Shown: in pieces, positions 44,740-55,094 of the stretch
Layout: each line of letters starts with the position of its first letter
How positions within the stretch are numbered: the first letter of the stretch is position 1
From: Thermoplasmata archaeon
Lineage (GTDB): Archaea > Thermoplasmatota > Thermoplasmata > Lutacidiplasmatales > UBA184
DNA: 64,000 nt
Direction of reading: 5' to 3'
Assembly: GCA_021798195.1 (NCBI GenBank)
Contig: JAJZYH010000004.1
Location: 8,095 to 72,094, forward strand
Translations under genes and position numbers: made by a program
The notes under the pieces: generated by a model
Seen by the model: the letters and a program-made list of their open reading frames with translations, nothing else
Database searches by the model: none
What the model was told of the DNA's origin: nothing

Positions 44740-47700
44740 TGAAAGCCACCAGAGCGGGCGCCACGAACCAGACCGCAAGGAGGAGGAGGGTGACGAGGCT
44801 CCCCAGGATCCCCTCCCCGAAGGCCCCCTGGACCCAGGGGAGCCCGATGGTGATGTTCTGACTCCCCGGCGGCACGACGAAGGCGGTGGCCCACCCGTCC
44901 ACCACGATCGAGGGAAGGAGGCCCACGGCGGTGTGCGCGGACCACCCCGCGGAGGCCGGGACACGGTCCACCAGGAGCCGGGGGCCGCCCTCCGGTGGGA
45001 GTTCCAGGGAGAGCGCCATGGAGCCGGGAGATCCGGAGGTCACGGTGCCGGTCTCGAGTTGCCCGGACGCAAGGAGCTCCCGGAGCTCGGAGAGGGGAGA
45101 GCCCGAGGTCGCCGGGACCAGGTCCACCAGATCCACGGTGACGTTCCCGGAGAGGACCCGGAGGGAGACCTCGTAGCTACCTATGCCGGAGGCCAAGGAG
45201 CCCACCGAGGAGTACCACTCTGGGGTCCCGGACCGGATCGCAGCGGTGACGTTGACGGGGCCCGGACACGGGGCCGCCGGGGTGGGATCCGAATATCCTC
45301 CCGGATCCGGGCAGAGGGAGATCCCCAGGGTCCCATTCCCCTGGGCCCGGACCGTGGCGCCCAGGGGACCCGGGCGCAGGACTTGGATCCGGGAGGAGGC
45401 GGAGCTCCCGGCCGGCCCACCTCCCCCCCAGCCCTGGCTCATCTCGGCGCCGGTCTCCCATTGGGACCACCCGCCCGATGAAGTGGCGAGGGAGCCCTTG
45501 ATCTGGTAGATCGCGGTGGGTCCTCCGCCGGGCACGGGGGCCAGCGCGGCGCTCAGGTCGGCCGCCGCGCGGTCGATCTGCGAGGGGGTGGCCCAAGCGA
45601 GGGTGGCCACGGTGCTCTCCCCCGGACCGGTGTGGAGGAGGGTCGCCACGGAGGCGGACCCCGTGAGGACCCCGAGGGGAACCCAGCGGAACCCGAGGGG
45701 GACGGGGCTCCACGCATCGACGGAGAACGTCTGGGAGCCCAGGGATACCTCAAGCTCTCCTTCCTGGGGCCCGAAGAAGACCTCGGCGAAGAGCGTCGCC
45801 CCGGGGGCGGTGGGGGAAGAGAGAGGGACCTGGAGGGGCGCTCCGCCAGTGGATCGGGCCCAGTCCTCCCAGGCCGCCAGGGGGATCCCTCCTTCGGTCT
45901 GGGGGGCCGCTTCCCAGGGGAGCCAGACACCCGGCGTCGTGGGGAGGAACGGGCTCGCTCCCAGGGAGTTCCAGGCGGCGGGGGCCACCGAAACGAGATC
46001 GCCGGGCGGGAGGGATTGGAAGAGCGCGTCGCTCCAACCCCCGGGAGTCTCCACGGTGAGGTTCCAGAGAGGCTGCGGAGGGAGGGGTCCTCCCGGGAGG
46101 AAGGCCACCGTGTCGTTCCGGAGGTAGCCCGGCCCTCCCGGAAGGTAGCCCGCCTCGAGGAGGAACTCCCGGTTGGCCAGGGCCACGGTGGCCCGGTCCG
46201 TGGCGGTGAGGATGCCCGGCGTGTCGTTGGTCCGGTAGAGTTCATCCCCGCCGGAGGCGAATCCCGGGGGGAGGTCCGCCTGGGCCGCCAGGGCCCGGGT
46301 AAGGTTCTCCGGGGAGTCCCATCGGTAGCGGATGTCGTGGGAGACCGACTGGTTGGGAGCCACCATCCACAGGCCGGTCCCCAGGAGCCCGAAGAGGCTG
46401 GGGGCGTGGGAAGTCTCGTTCTGGTAGAAGGATTCGTAGGTCCAGAGCACCGATCGCAGGGTCGGGCCCTCGGCTTCCACGCCGGTGGTGAGAGGGATGT
46501 AGAGTGCGTCGGCACTGGGGTAGACCACGAACGGGTCCGTGGTGGCCGGCTTCCCCGGTGCCGGAAAGTACGCCGGGTCAGGGGGGAAGAGGGCGATGCG
46601 CCCTCCGGGGGGCGCGAGCTCCGATGCGGTGGCGGCGAGCGGGGTGACCGGGGGCGCACGGATCATCTCCCCCCCGAGGCTTCCCGCCGCGAAGGGGAGG
46701 GCCCCCACCAACACGATGACGACGCAGGCGACCCCCCAGACCCGGGGAAGGGCGGGAGGGGACGACGGGAGGCGGGGGGACAGGGTCCTCCCCCGAAGAG
46801 GATTCCCCGGGGCACGGATCGTCCACCGGGGAAGTCCCTTCCCCAGGAGGAACGCAAGGGCGGGGAGGGCCACCACGTCGAACTTGTTGGGATCGTCGTT
46901 CACGGCGAACAGTGGCACGTGGGCCACCAGTTGCAGGTAGATGGGGCCCAGGGCGAGGGTGCCGGCGGACAGGAGGAGGAAGGGGAGCGAGAGGAGGCCG
47001 AAGAGGCGGCTCTGGGGATCCCCGCGAAGGAGGCCCCAGAGGAGGGCGCCTCCCAGCACCACCGAGAGGGCCCCGGCCGCGAGCGGACCGGCCGCCGGCG
47101 CCGCGAGGGCGGCCCAAGCCGAGTCGTAGGCGGGGGAGAAGTAGCCGTTCCCCGAGAGGAGGTTCCAGGGAGTGAGCTGTCCCTGGGTGAAGGCGAGGGT
47201 GTTGGCGATGGTGGCCACCTGGACCCCGGCCTGCCCCGTCCGTCGGGAGATCTCGGCGGCCGGCCACACCCAAACGAGGTTCAACCCCACGGCACCGGCG
47301 AGGATGATGAGGTCCCCCAGGAACCCATGCACCGTCGGGCGCCAGGGTCTCGGCGACCCTGCCTTGGACGAGCGGCGATGCCGGATCCAGATGAGTCCCG
47401 TGCGGAGGATCACGAAGGCGAGCCACGCGAGGGCGGCGAGGTAGAACAGGTGGTACTCCAGGAAGCCGACCCCTCCCAGGAGAACGAGGGCGAGGAGCGT
47501 GGCCTTCCGTTCTTCCGGGCCCAGGACCCGGGTCCCCATCACGGCGAGGAACGGGGGGAAGAGGAGGTAGGCCAGGAGGATGTTCTCGTGCCCGGCCACG
47601 AACCGGTTGAAGACCCACGGAGACAGGGCGAAGGCGAGCGACGCGATCCCTGCCGATCCGGTGGGGATCCCCAGATGCCGCGCCGAAAGGTAGAACGAGA

Positions 47701-48097
47701 GTCCCAGGCCCGCCTCCGTGAGGAGGAGGAGGGCCACGGCCCCCTCGCCGGCCGACCCCAGGGCGACCCCCAATCCCCCCAGGGCCGCGCCCAAGAGGAG
47801 ATCGTTGGTGAAGAAGGGCTCGAAGGTCCCCCCGGCCGGCTGGGGGTTCCAGGGGGTGGAGAACGCGAGGAGGTACGCGTGCCAGTTCCCGCCGCTGGGG
47901 GGGGTCACCACGTCGCCGCTGTAGAACGCGTCCCCCCACGGATGCAGGGCCGGCAGGAACGAGAGGAGGGCGAAGGAAGCCCAGACGATGAGACCGATCC
48001 CCAGGGCATGGCGCGGGACCCTGGCCCAACGCGCCAGCGACTTCGTTCCATCCCTCATGCGGCGGGAGACGGACGAACTGGGGGAAGGGTCGGTCAT
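44615..48097 (-). CDS. Large polytopic membrane protein, GT-C/AftD-like
   Basis: Many N-terminal TM helices, FALSPW, NDDPNKF, large extracellular domain, C-terminal TM; start uncertain; 3' end overlaps the GT4 gene. Confidence 0.7.
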   Translation of the reverse strand: MTDPSPSSSVSRRMRDGTKSLARWARVPRHALGIGLIVWASFALLSFLPALHPWGDAFYSGDVVTPPSGGNWHAYLLAFSTPWNPQPAGGTFEPFFTNDLLLGAALGGLGVALGSAGEGAVALLLLTEAGLGLSFYLSARHLGIPTGSAGIASLAFALSPWVFNRFVAGHENILLAYLLFPPFLAVMGTRVLGPEERKATLLALVLLGGVGFLEYHLFYLAALAWLAFVILRTGLIWIRHRRSSKAGSPRPWRPTVHGFLGDLIILAGAVGLNLVWVWPAAEISRRTGQAGVQVATIANTLAFTQGQLTPWNLLSGNGYFSPAYDSAWAALAAPAAGPLAAGALSVVLGGALLWGLLRGDPQSRLFGLLSLPFLLLSAGTLALGPIYLQLVAHVPLFAVNDDPNKFDVVALPALAFLLGKGLPRWTIRAPGNPLRGRTLSPRLPSSPPALPRVWGVACVVIVLVGALPFAAGSLGGEMIRAPPVTPLAATASELAPPGGRIALFPPDPAYFPAPGKPATTDPFVVYPSADALYIPLTTGVEAEGPTLRSVLWTYESFYQNETSHAPSLFGLLGTGLWMVAPNQSVSHDIRYRWDSPENLTRALAAQADLPPGFASGGDELYRTNDTPGILTATDRATVALANREFLLEAGYLPGGPGYLRNDTVAFLPGGPLPPQPLWNLTVETPGGWSDALFQSLPPGDLVSVAPAAWNSLGASPFLPTTPGVWLPWEAAPQTEGGIPLAAWEDWARSTGGAPLQVPLSSPTAPGATLFAEVFFGPQEGELEVSLGSQTFSVDAWSPVPLGFRWVPLGVLTGSASVATLLHTGPGESTVATLAWATPSQIDRAAADLSAALAPVPGGGPTAIYQIKGSLATSSGGWSQWETGAEMSQGWGGGGPAGSSASSRIQVLRPGPLGATVRAQGNGTLGISLCPDPGGYSDPTPAAPCPGPVNVTAAIRSGTPEWYSSVGSLASGIGSYEVSLRVLSGNVTVDLVDLVPATSGSPLSELRELLASGQLETGTVTSGSPGSMALSLELPPEGGPRLLVDRVPASAGWSAHTAVGLLPSIVVDGWATAFVVPPGSQNITIGLPWVQGAFGEGILGSLVTLLLLAVWFVAPALVAFIIRTRRGRRPVPGERPGSAGPTPRTPGPGENTGVPPASPGP

Positions 48098-48137
48098 GGG
48101 ACGGGTAGGGTCCCTCCCCATGGGAAGCATCCCCCCA

Positions 48138-48695
48138 TCATCCTTCTCCCTTGGGAGCGGAAGAGGGAGAGGCTTCCTGGAACTCCTCGAGCTTCCACGC
48201 CTTTCCGCTCAGGGCTCCCCGGCGCCGCGTGACGCCGTGCGGGAGATCCATGGGCCGCCACGCGATGGGGGGCGGGAGAACCCCGGACCTCCTGCCCGCG
48301 AGGAGTTCCTGGAGATGGGCCTTGAGGCCGGGGAACGGGTCCACCTCCCCCGGGCGTAGGAATGGCACGGACTCCCGGAGCACGTGGATCTGGGAGCCTT
48401 CCACGTACCAGATGCCCACCCGTTGGGCTCGGGCAGGTCCCGTGCGGCCCGCGGCCCGCTCCGCAAGGCTCCGGCGGGGGAGCACCACGGCGACCCAGTC
48501 CCCCCACCCCCGCCGAAGAAGGGCCTGCTCCCGGACGCGCCTCCAATCGGCGACCTTGAGCTCCACGAGCCCCACCTCCTCGCCCCGGACCGCCACCGCG
48601 TCGAAGTAATCGGTCCCGTCGGGGTCGAACCAGACCTCGTATCCCTGGTCCTCGAGGAAGCGGGAAACGGGCGCCCGCAGGTCCACCTCCTTCAC
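48138..48695 (-). CDS. PD-(D/E)xK nuclease-fold protein
   Basis: KEVDL..VSRFLEDQGYEV...YFDAVAV...LVELKVADW...EQA; GTGA-coupled to the upstream GNAT. Confidence 0.7.
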   Translation of the reverse strand: MKEVDLRAPVSRFLEDQGYEVWFDPDGTDYFDAVAVRGEEVGLVELKVADWRRVREQALLRRGWGDWVAVVLPRRSLAERAAGRTGPARAQRVGIWYVEGSQIHVLRESVPFLRPGEVDPFPGLKAHLQELLAGRRSGVLPPPIAWRPMDLPHGVTRRRGALSGKAWKLEEFQEASPSSAPKGEG

Positions 48696-49627
48696 GTGGA
48701 CACCTCGTAGACCGCCACGCGGTATCCCCACGGATCGCCCCGCCGCAGTCCGCAGGCGGGATTCACCTCCCATACGTCGGGGTCATCCGGAAGGAAACCC
48801 TGGAACTCCGAGGTTCCCGGGAATCCCCGTCGCGCCGCCTGGCCGAGGATCTCCTCAAGGGGTCCCCAGAGCGGCTGGAGGGGGATGGCTTCCCGGACGC
48901 GGTCTTCGCCTCTTGGCCCCACGGGGTGGGGAGGAGGCGGGGGATCGGCGAGGAATCCCGTGCGGGTCCCCCGCCAGAACCGGCCCGCTCGGACCGCCTC
49001 CCGGAGCCGGCGCTCCGTCGCCTGGACGAGCCGGAAGCTCCCCGAGATGCTCCAGCAGAGGAGCCCCGCCTGTCTCCGGATCCACTCCAGGGAGGACGGA
49101 TCGAGCCGGGCGTCGTGGTCCATTGATGCCGCCTCGGGGATCTCCCTTGCACTCCCCAGGGCACGGGGATCCGGACGGGCCCGGTAGACACCGGCGACCC
49201 ACCGTGGGAGCCCGCCGGCCCGCTTCACCAGGGCGTGCGACGCCGCATTCCCCTCCTCCACGGTGAGGCGGACGGTGTGGATGCCCCGCTCCCGCGCCCG
49301 AGCGAGGGCGAACCGTGTGAGGAGGAGGCCCAGTCCCCGCCCCCGGTCCTCCGGGGCGATCCGGATGGCGTTGAGCCAGCCCTCCCCTTCCCCCAGATCC
49401 TCGAGGCGCAGGATGCCCAGGAGAGTCTCTCCCCGGAAGATCCCCAGGACCCAGGGTTGGGCCATCCACTCTTCCAGGTTCGGGAGAAGGTAGTCCGAGG
49501 GGACCGCCCGGGAGAGGAGGTCCCGGGCGGCCAGGAGATCCCCGGGCAGGGTGACCTCTCGGAGGATGAGGTTCCCCTCGGCCTTCCACTGCGTGGAGGT
49601 CTCCGGGGGGGACTTTGGGGCGGTCAC
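48692..49627 (-). CDS. GNAT N-acetyltransferase with C-terminal extension
   Basis: SDYL, EGWLNAIRIAPEDRGRGLG, EGNAASHAL; GTGA-coupled to mutL. Confidence 0.8.
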   Translation of the reverse strand: MTAPKSPPETSTQWKAEGNLILREVTLPGDLLAARDLLSRAVPSDYLLPNLEEWMAQPWVLGIFRGETLLGILRLEDLGEGEGWLNAIRIAPEDRGRGLGLLLTRFALARARERGIHTVRLTVEEGNAASHALVKRAGGLPRWVAGVYRARPDPRALGSAREIPEAASMDHDARLDPSSLEWIRRQAGLLCWSISGSFRLVQATERRLREAVRAGRFWRGTRTGFLADPPPPPHPVGPRGEDRVREAIPLQPLWGPLEEILGQAARRGFPGTSEFQGFLPDDPDVWEVNPACGLRRGDPWGYRVAVYEVST

Positions 49628-51444
49628 GGACGGTGGAACCACCGGTCGAGGCGTTCCCGGGGGATGGAGACCATGATGGGACGGCCATGGGGGCAGGTGA
49701 AGTTCTCCGGGGTACGGTAGAGCTCCCGGAGCAGGCGGTGGATCTCGTCGGGGGAAAGGACGTCCCCGGCACGGATGGCCATGTGGCAGGCCGTGGTCTT
49801 CCAGATCTCCTCCGGGGCACGTTCCACGGCCTCCCGGGGGAGGTCCGCCGCCAGGTCGTCGAGGAGCGCCGGGACCGATTCCGGCCGGAGCCGGTGGCCC
49901 AGGATGGAGGGGACGGCCCGGACGCGATAGGTCCTCTGGCCGAACGGGTCCACCTCGAAGCCCATCTCCCGGAGGCGTTCCCCATAGAGCTCCCAGGCCT
50001 GCGCCTGGCGTGGGGTGAGCTCCACCTCCCGGGCCTCCAGGAGCTCCTGGCGGGGGACCACGCTCTTCTCCCGGAGACGTTCGAAGACGATCCGTTCGCT
50101 GGCGGCATGCGCGTCGACCAGGACGAGGCTCCCGTCGGGCTGGAGCGACTCGGCCACGATGTAGAGGCGCCCCAGCTGCCCCAGGACGGAGATGGAGGGG
50201 TGCACAGGGCTTCCGGGGACCCAGGCTCCCGGTCCCTCCGGGCGGGCGTTCGCGCCTTCGGGCGGCGAGGGTCGGGAGACCTCCGGGAAGCCCGGAAGGA
50301 ACGCCTCCAGGGGGCGCAGGCGCCCCATGGAGCCCTCCACCTCGGCGGCCAGGAAGGAGTGGGGCGGATCCGGCTCCGCCACCGGTGCCGGGACGGAGAC
50401 CTCCGGGAGGGTCCTCGGCTGGTCCTGGAGCCGCGCCCGGAGGAGGGCCCGTACGTTCTCCCGCAGCTCCAGTTCGCGTTCGAACCGGACCTCCTGCTTC
50501 GTGGGATGCACGTTGACGTCCACCCGGGCCCGATCCGCTTCCAGGTGCAGGACCACGATGGGAAAGCGCCCCCGGGGAAGAAGTCCCTGGTACGCCTCGC
50601 GGATCCCCTGGAGAAGGGGACGGGACTGGATGATCCTCCCGTTCACGCTGAGATAGATCCCGTCGGGCGACCCTCGGGACACCGAAGGGTGGGAGGCCAT
50701 CCCTTCCACCCAGATCCCGGGCCCTCCGGAACCCTGGAGGTCGAAGCATGCGTGGGCGATCTGGGGTCCGAACGTCCGCGCCAGGGCTTCCCGGAGGGAG
50801 GGCACGGAGTCGTGGTGCATGCTCTCCCGGCCATCCACCACGAGGTGGAAGCTCACCTCGGGCCGGGCCAGGTAGAACCGTTCCGCCAGGTGGGAGATGC
50901 GCAGGGTCTCGCTGGCGGGGCTCCGCAGGAACTTCTTCCGCGCCGGGGTGGAATGGAAGAGGTCCCGCACCTCCACGGTGGTCCCCGGGGATCGGGCGGC
51001 GGATTGAAGGGGGCTTGCGGCCCCTCCCCCCACCTCCATCCGAGCGGCGGAGTCCCGGCCGCGGATCCGGGAGGTGATCCGGAGGCGGGCCACCGCGGCG
51101 ATGGCTGCGAGCGCCTCCCCCCGGAACCCCAGGGTGGAGATCGCGTCGAGACCCCGGGGACCTGAAAGCTTGCTCGTGGCGTACCGCTGCACCGCAAGGG
51201 GAAGGTCCTCCGGGACGATGCCATCCCCGTTGTCGGAGACCTCCACCAGGTCGAGGCCCCCCTTTTCGATCCGGATCCCGATCTCGGTGGCCCCCGCATC
51301 CAGGGCGTTCTCCACGAGTTCCTTCACCACCGACGCCGGGCGCTCCACCACCTCCCCGGCGGCGATGAGTCGGATCGTCTCCTCCGGAAGGGCCCGGATG
51401 CGGGGAGCCTCCGTGCCTCGCTCCCCGGGGTCCGGACGGTCCAT
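49624..51444 (-). CDS. mutL: DNA mismatch repair endonuclease MutL
   Basis: IAAGEVVERPASVVKELVENALDAG, GFRGEAL, DVNVHPTK, DAHAASERIVFE, ACH, CPHGRP. Confidence 0.97.
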   Translation of the reverse strand: MDRPDPGERGTEAPRIRALPEETIRLIAAGEVVERPASVVKELVENALDAGATEIGIRIEKGGLDLVEVSDNGDGIVPEDLPLAVQRYATSKLSGPRGLDAISTLGFRGEALAAIAAVARLRITSRIRGRDSAARMEVGGGAASPLQSAARSPGTTVEVRDLFHSTPARKKFLRSPASETLRISHLAERFYLARPEVSFHLVVDGRESMHHDSVPSLREALARTFGPQIAHACFDLQGSGGPGIWVEGMASHPSVSRGSPDGIYLSVNGRIIQSRPLLQGIREAYQGLLPRGRFPIVVLHLEADRARVDVNVHPTKQEVRFERELELRENVRALLRARLQDQPRTLPEVSVPAPVAEPDPPHSFLAAEVEGSMGRLRPLEAFLPGFPEVSRPSPPEGANARPEGPGAWVPGSPVHPSISVLGQLGRLYIVAESLQPDGSLVLVDAHAASERIVFERLREKSVVPRQELLEAREVELTPRQAQAWELYGERLREMGFEVDPFGQRTYRVRAVPSILGHRLRPESVPALLDDLAADLPREAVERAPEEIWKTTACHMAIRAGDVLSPDEIHRLLRELYRTPENFTCPHGRPIMVSIPRERLDRWFHRP

Positions 51445-51507
51445 CGGGCCGCTGAGGTCCCCCGGGTCCTTGAGCGTTTCCGATAGCGAAGCCCTCTCCG
51501 ACCCCCC

Positions 51508-54120
51508 TCAGCTTCCCTCGGGAGGGTGGGCCGGCTCTCCCCGCCGCAGGCGGGCCAGGACCTGGAGGGCCTCGAGGGGAGAGAGCCGGTCCAGATCCAG
51601 CCGGGAAAGCTCCTCGGCGATCTCCCGGGCCCGCCGGACCTCTGGGTCCTCCACCAGGACGGCCTGGGTGTACCGGGGGGGCGGGTTCCCGGTCCGTCCC
51701 CGGCCAGGGGAGGGGCCGGGGGCCTCCAGTTCCCGTTGGACGCGCCGGGCTTCCTGGAGCACCGGGGCGGGGACCCCGGCGAGCTCCGCCACGTGGATGC
51801 CATAGCTCTTGTCCGTGGCGCCCGGGAGGAGGGTCCGGAGGAACACCACCTCCCCGCGCTCCTCCTTCACGGCGAGGTGGGCGTTCCGCGCCGCGGGCAG
51901 GGACTCCGCGAGCGCGGCGAGCTGATGGTAATGGGTGGCCACGATGGTCCGGGCCCGGACGCGGTCATGGAGGTGATGGACGATGGCCCAGGCGAGGGCG
52001 AGCCCATCGGAGGTGCTGGTCCCCCGCCCCACCTCGTCGAGGAGGATCAGGCTCCGGGGATCCGCGTCCCGGAGGATCTCCGCCACTTCGCTCATCTCCA
52101 CCATGAAGCTGCTCTTGCCCTTCCCGATCTCGTCGGTGAACCCCATCCGCGTGGCGAGGGAGCTCACCCGTCCCATCTCGGCGTACCGGGCCGGGACGAA
52201 GGATCCGGCGTGCGCGAGGACCACGAGGAGCCCCACCTGGCGCATGTAGGTGGACTTCCCGGCCATGTTGGGGCCGGTGAGCACCAGGAGCCGGGTCCCA
52301 TCGGGGGAGAGATCCGTGTCGTTGGGAACGAAATCATGCCCCAGCACGCGCTCCAGGATGGGATGCCGTCCCTCCCGGATCCGCAAGCCCGTTCCCTCGT
52401 TGACCTGCGGCTTCACCCAGTGCCGGTCCCGGGCGATCCGGGCGAAGGTGAGGAGTGCGTCGAGCTCCCCCAGGGCGAGGCTGGTCTCCCGGAGCGGGGC
52501 GGCCTGGGCGTCCACCTGGGCCAGCAGTTCCTCCCAGAGCCGCGTCTCCAGCCCATGGGCCTCTTCCTCCGCCGCGCGGACCTCGGTCTCCCAGCGCAGG
52601 AGCTCCTCGCTGACGAAGCGCTCGGCACCCGCCAGGGTTTGCTTTCTCTGCCAGCGGTCCAGGGGGACCTTCCCCAGTTGGGGGCGGCTCACCTCGAAGA
52701 AGTATCCGAACACCTGGTTGAACCCCACCCGGAGGTTCTTGATCCCCGTGGCCCGCGCCTCCCGCTCCTCGAGCTCCCGCAACGCCTCCTTCGCCGTCCG
52801 CAGACGGGCGTCCAGGGCCGCGAGCTCGGGGAAGCGCTCCGGCCGCAGGACCCCCCCGGGGGCGAGGGAAGGAGGTGGGTCCTCGGGAAGCGATTCCAGG
52901 ATCGTCTGGGAGAGCGGAGAGAGATCCCCGATGCGCCCCAGGATCTGGGCCAGGAGCGGGTCCTCCGAGGCCAGGCGCGCCGCCGCGCTCTGGAGCTCCT
53001 TGAGATGGGCGAGGGATTGGCCCAGGGCCCGCAGGTCCCGGGGGCCCGCCCGCCGCGTCACGATCCGTGTGGTGAGCCGGGAGATGTCCCCCACGCCCTG
53101 GAGGAGGTGCGAGACCTCCACGAGGTCCATCCCGCCGGCGACGAGCCGTTCCACCGCGTTGAGGCGTCCCCGGATCGCCCCCACGTCCGAGAGGGGGGCC
53201 CGGATCCATGCCTCGATGGTCCGGGTGCCCTGGGGGGTGATCCCCTTCCCCAGGACATCGAGGAGGGTCGGGGAGGGCGTGCCCGCCCCCCCCATGGGTT
53301 CGGTGATCTCCAGGTGCCGGAGGCTCTTCACGTCGAGCCGCATCCGCTCTCCGCGCGGGCGGAGTTCCGGGGGCCGGACCACCAGGAAGAGCCGGGGCTG
53401 GGCCCCGCGCACATACGCGGCCAAGGCGCCCAGGGCCCGGGCCCGGATCCCTCCTTCGGGTCCGGCGGGGATCTTCCAGGAGGCCGGAAGGTCGTCGACG
53501 GGAAGCGGAGGAGGTGCGTCCTCGATGCGGGCGCGGGGGAGAAGGACCTTCCAGGCGGCCCGGGGCACCGGACCGTCCTGGGGCGGGAGGAGCACCTCCA
53601 CCGGCTCCAGTGCGGCCACCTCCCGGGCGAGTTCCCCCGCCTCTCCGGCTCCTGCCTCCCGAAGGAATGTCTCTCCCGTGGAGACATCCACCAGGGCCGC
53701 CACGGCTCCCTGGATGGGGTCCTCCCACCATGAGACCAGGAAATTGTTGGCGGCTCCCGGGAGCAGGCCCTCTTCCACCGCCGTCCCGGGCGTCACGATC
53801 CGCGTGACCTCGCGCCGCACGAGCCCCCGGGCGGTGCGGGGGTCCTCCACCTGGTCGCAGATCACCACCCGGTGTCCCTTCCGGATGAGGCGGGCCAGGT
53901 AGCCCTCCACCGTGTGGTAGGGGACCCCGGCCAGAGGGATCCGTTTCCCGTCCCCATCCATCTGGCGGCTGGTGAGGGCCACGTCCGCATCCCGGGAGAG
54001 GATGGCCGCATCCTCCCCGAACGTCTCGAAGAAATCCCCCACCCGGAACAAGAGGAGGTGCCCCGGATACCGCGCCTTGACGGCCTGGTATTGGGCCATC
54101 ATGGGGGAGGGTTCCGCCAT
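51508..54120 (-). CDS. mutS: DNA mismatch repair protein MutS (MutS1)
   Basis: PMMAQY, GDFFETF, TGPNMAGKSTYMRQ, SSFMVEM, LDEVGRGTS, SYGIHVA. Confidence 0.97.
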   Translation of the reverse strand: MAEPSPMMAQYQAVKARYPGHLLLFRVGDFFETFGEDAAILSRDADVALTSRQMDGDGKRIPLAGVPYHTVEGYLARLIRKGHRVVICDQVEDPRTARGLVRREVTRIVTPGTAVEEGLLPGAANNFLVSWWEDPIQGAVAALVDVSTGETFLREAGAGEAGELAREVAALEPVEVLLPPQDGPVPRAAWKVLLPRARIEDAPPPLPVDDLPASWKIPAGPEGGIRARALGALAAYVRGAQPRLFLVVRPPELRPRGERMRLDVKSLRHLEITEPMGGAGTPSPTLLDVLGKGITPQGTRTIEAWIRAPLSDVGAIRGRLNAVERLVAGGMDLVEVSHLLQGVGDISRLTTRIVTRRAGPRDLRALGQSLAHLKELQSAAARLASEDPLLAQILGRIGDLSPLSQTILESLPEDPPPSLAPGGVLRPERFPELAALDARLRTAKEALRELEEREARATGIKNLRVGFNQVFGYFFEVSRPQLGKVPLDRWQRKQTLAGAERFVSEELLRWETEVRAAEEEAHGLETRLWEELLAQVDAQAAPLRETSLALGELDALLTFARIARDRHWVKPQVNEGTGLRIREGRHPILERVLGHDFVPNDTDLSPDGTRLLVLTGPNMAGKSTYMRQVGLLVVLAHAGSFVPARYAEMGRVSSLATRMGFTDEIGKGKSSFMVEMSEVAEILRDADPRSLILLDEVGRGTSTSDGLALAWAIVHHLHDRVRARTIVATHYHQLAALAESLPAARNAHLAVKEERGEVVFLRTLLPGATDKSYGIHVAELAGVPAPVLQEARRVQRELEAPGPSPGRGRTGNPPPRYTQAVLVEDPEVRRAREIAEELSRLDLDRLSPLEALQVLARLRRGEPAHPPEGS

Positions 54121-54297
54121 CTCGGATTGGGACCCGACGGGGGGCCATAGAGTTATCCAGTGAGGGGAGGCGGTCCACCTCCCGGTTTCCGAGTAGGGGG
54201 GATCCCATGGCCCACCGGTCCAAGGGCCCCGGGACCTTCCTCACGGGACGGAGAACGTTCTTGGCGGCGGATGGATGGGCTCCCGAGGGAGCGAGCA

Positions 54298-55094
54298 TGA
54301 CCCGAGAGGGGGCGACGCGGGCCCGGGTCCGAACCCCGAGGGGACCTTGGACGGGGGAAGAGGTCCCCCCGGCTCTTTCGGGGGAGTTCGCCCAATCCCC
54401 CGGGGCCCGGTGGATCCGTCGGACCCGCACCGTCCCCCTTCCTTCCTGGGAGAGCGTCCGACGCCGGGTGGATGCCGGCATCCCGTTCGGGGTCGCCGTA
54501 CGGATCTGGGATGCCAGGGGGCGGACGCTCCTGGTCCGACCCGTTGGAGCGAGGGGGCTGGGGGATGTCTGGATGACCCCGGGGGGAGGCGGCGGACCGG
54601 GGGAACTCCCCGCGGCATCCCTCCGGAGGGAGGTCGAGGAGGAAACGGGGGGGACCCTCCGAGACCCATTCCTCTGGAAGGTGTTCCAGGAGACCGTGCG
54701 TGCCCGCTCAAGGCCCCCGGTACGGTGGTTCTTCCTCCAGTATGTGGCGCAATGGGGAGGAGGGCGACCCCGGCCGCGGGACCGGGGGGAGATCGCCACG
54801 GCCCGATGGTTCCGACGGCTCCCGGCGAACATGATGTGGAGGGAGGATTGGATCCGGGCCCCGCGTCCCCTTGGGCATGGCTCCGGGCCCGGGCCCCGGT
54901 ACGGGATCAACCCAGGAACTGGGGGGTCCGCTCCCGGCAGAGCGTCTGCAGGGCGGCGAACCGTTCCACCATCTGCCGCCGAACGTCCGGCAGATCCGAC
55001 GCGGGTAGGTCCGGGGCGTACCGCAGGTCCCAATCCACGTCGACCCGGCTCTTCAGGAACTCCGGGACGGGAACGTCGGGGTCGTGAGCGATGA
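54298..55094 (+). CDS. NUDIX hydrolase; boundaries uncertain
   Basis: Nudix box PGGGGGPGELPAASLRREVEEETG; low-complexity tail overlaps the opposite gene. Confidence 0.7.
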
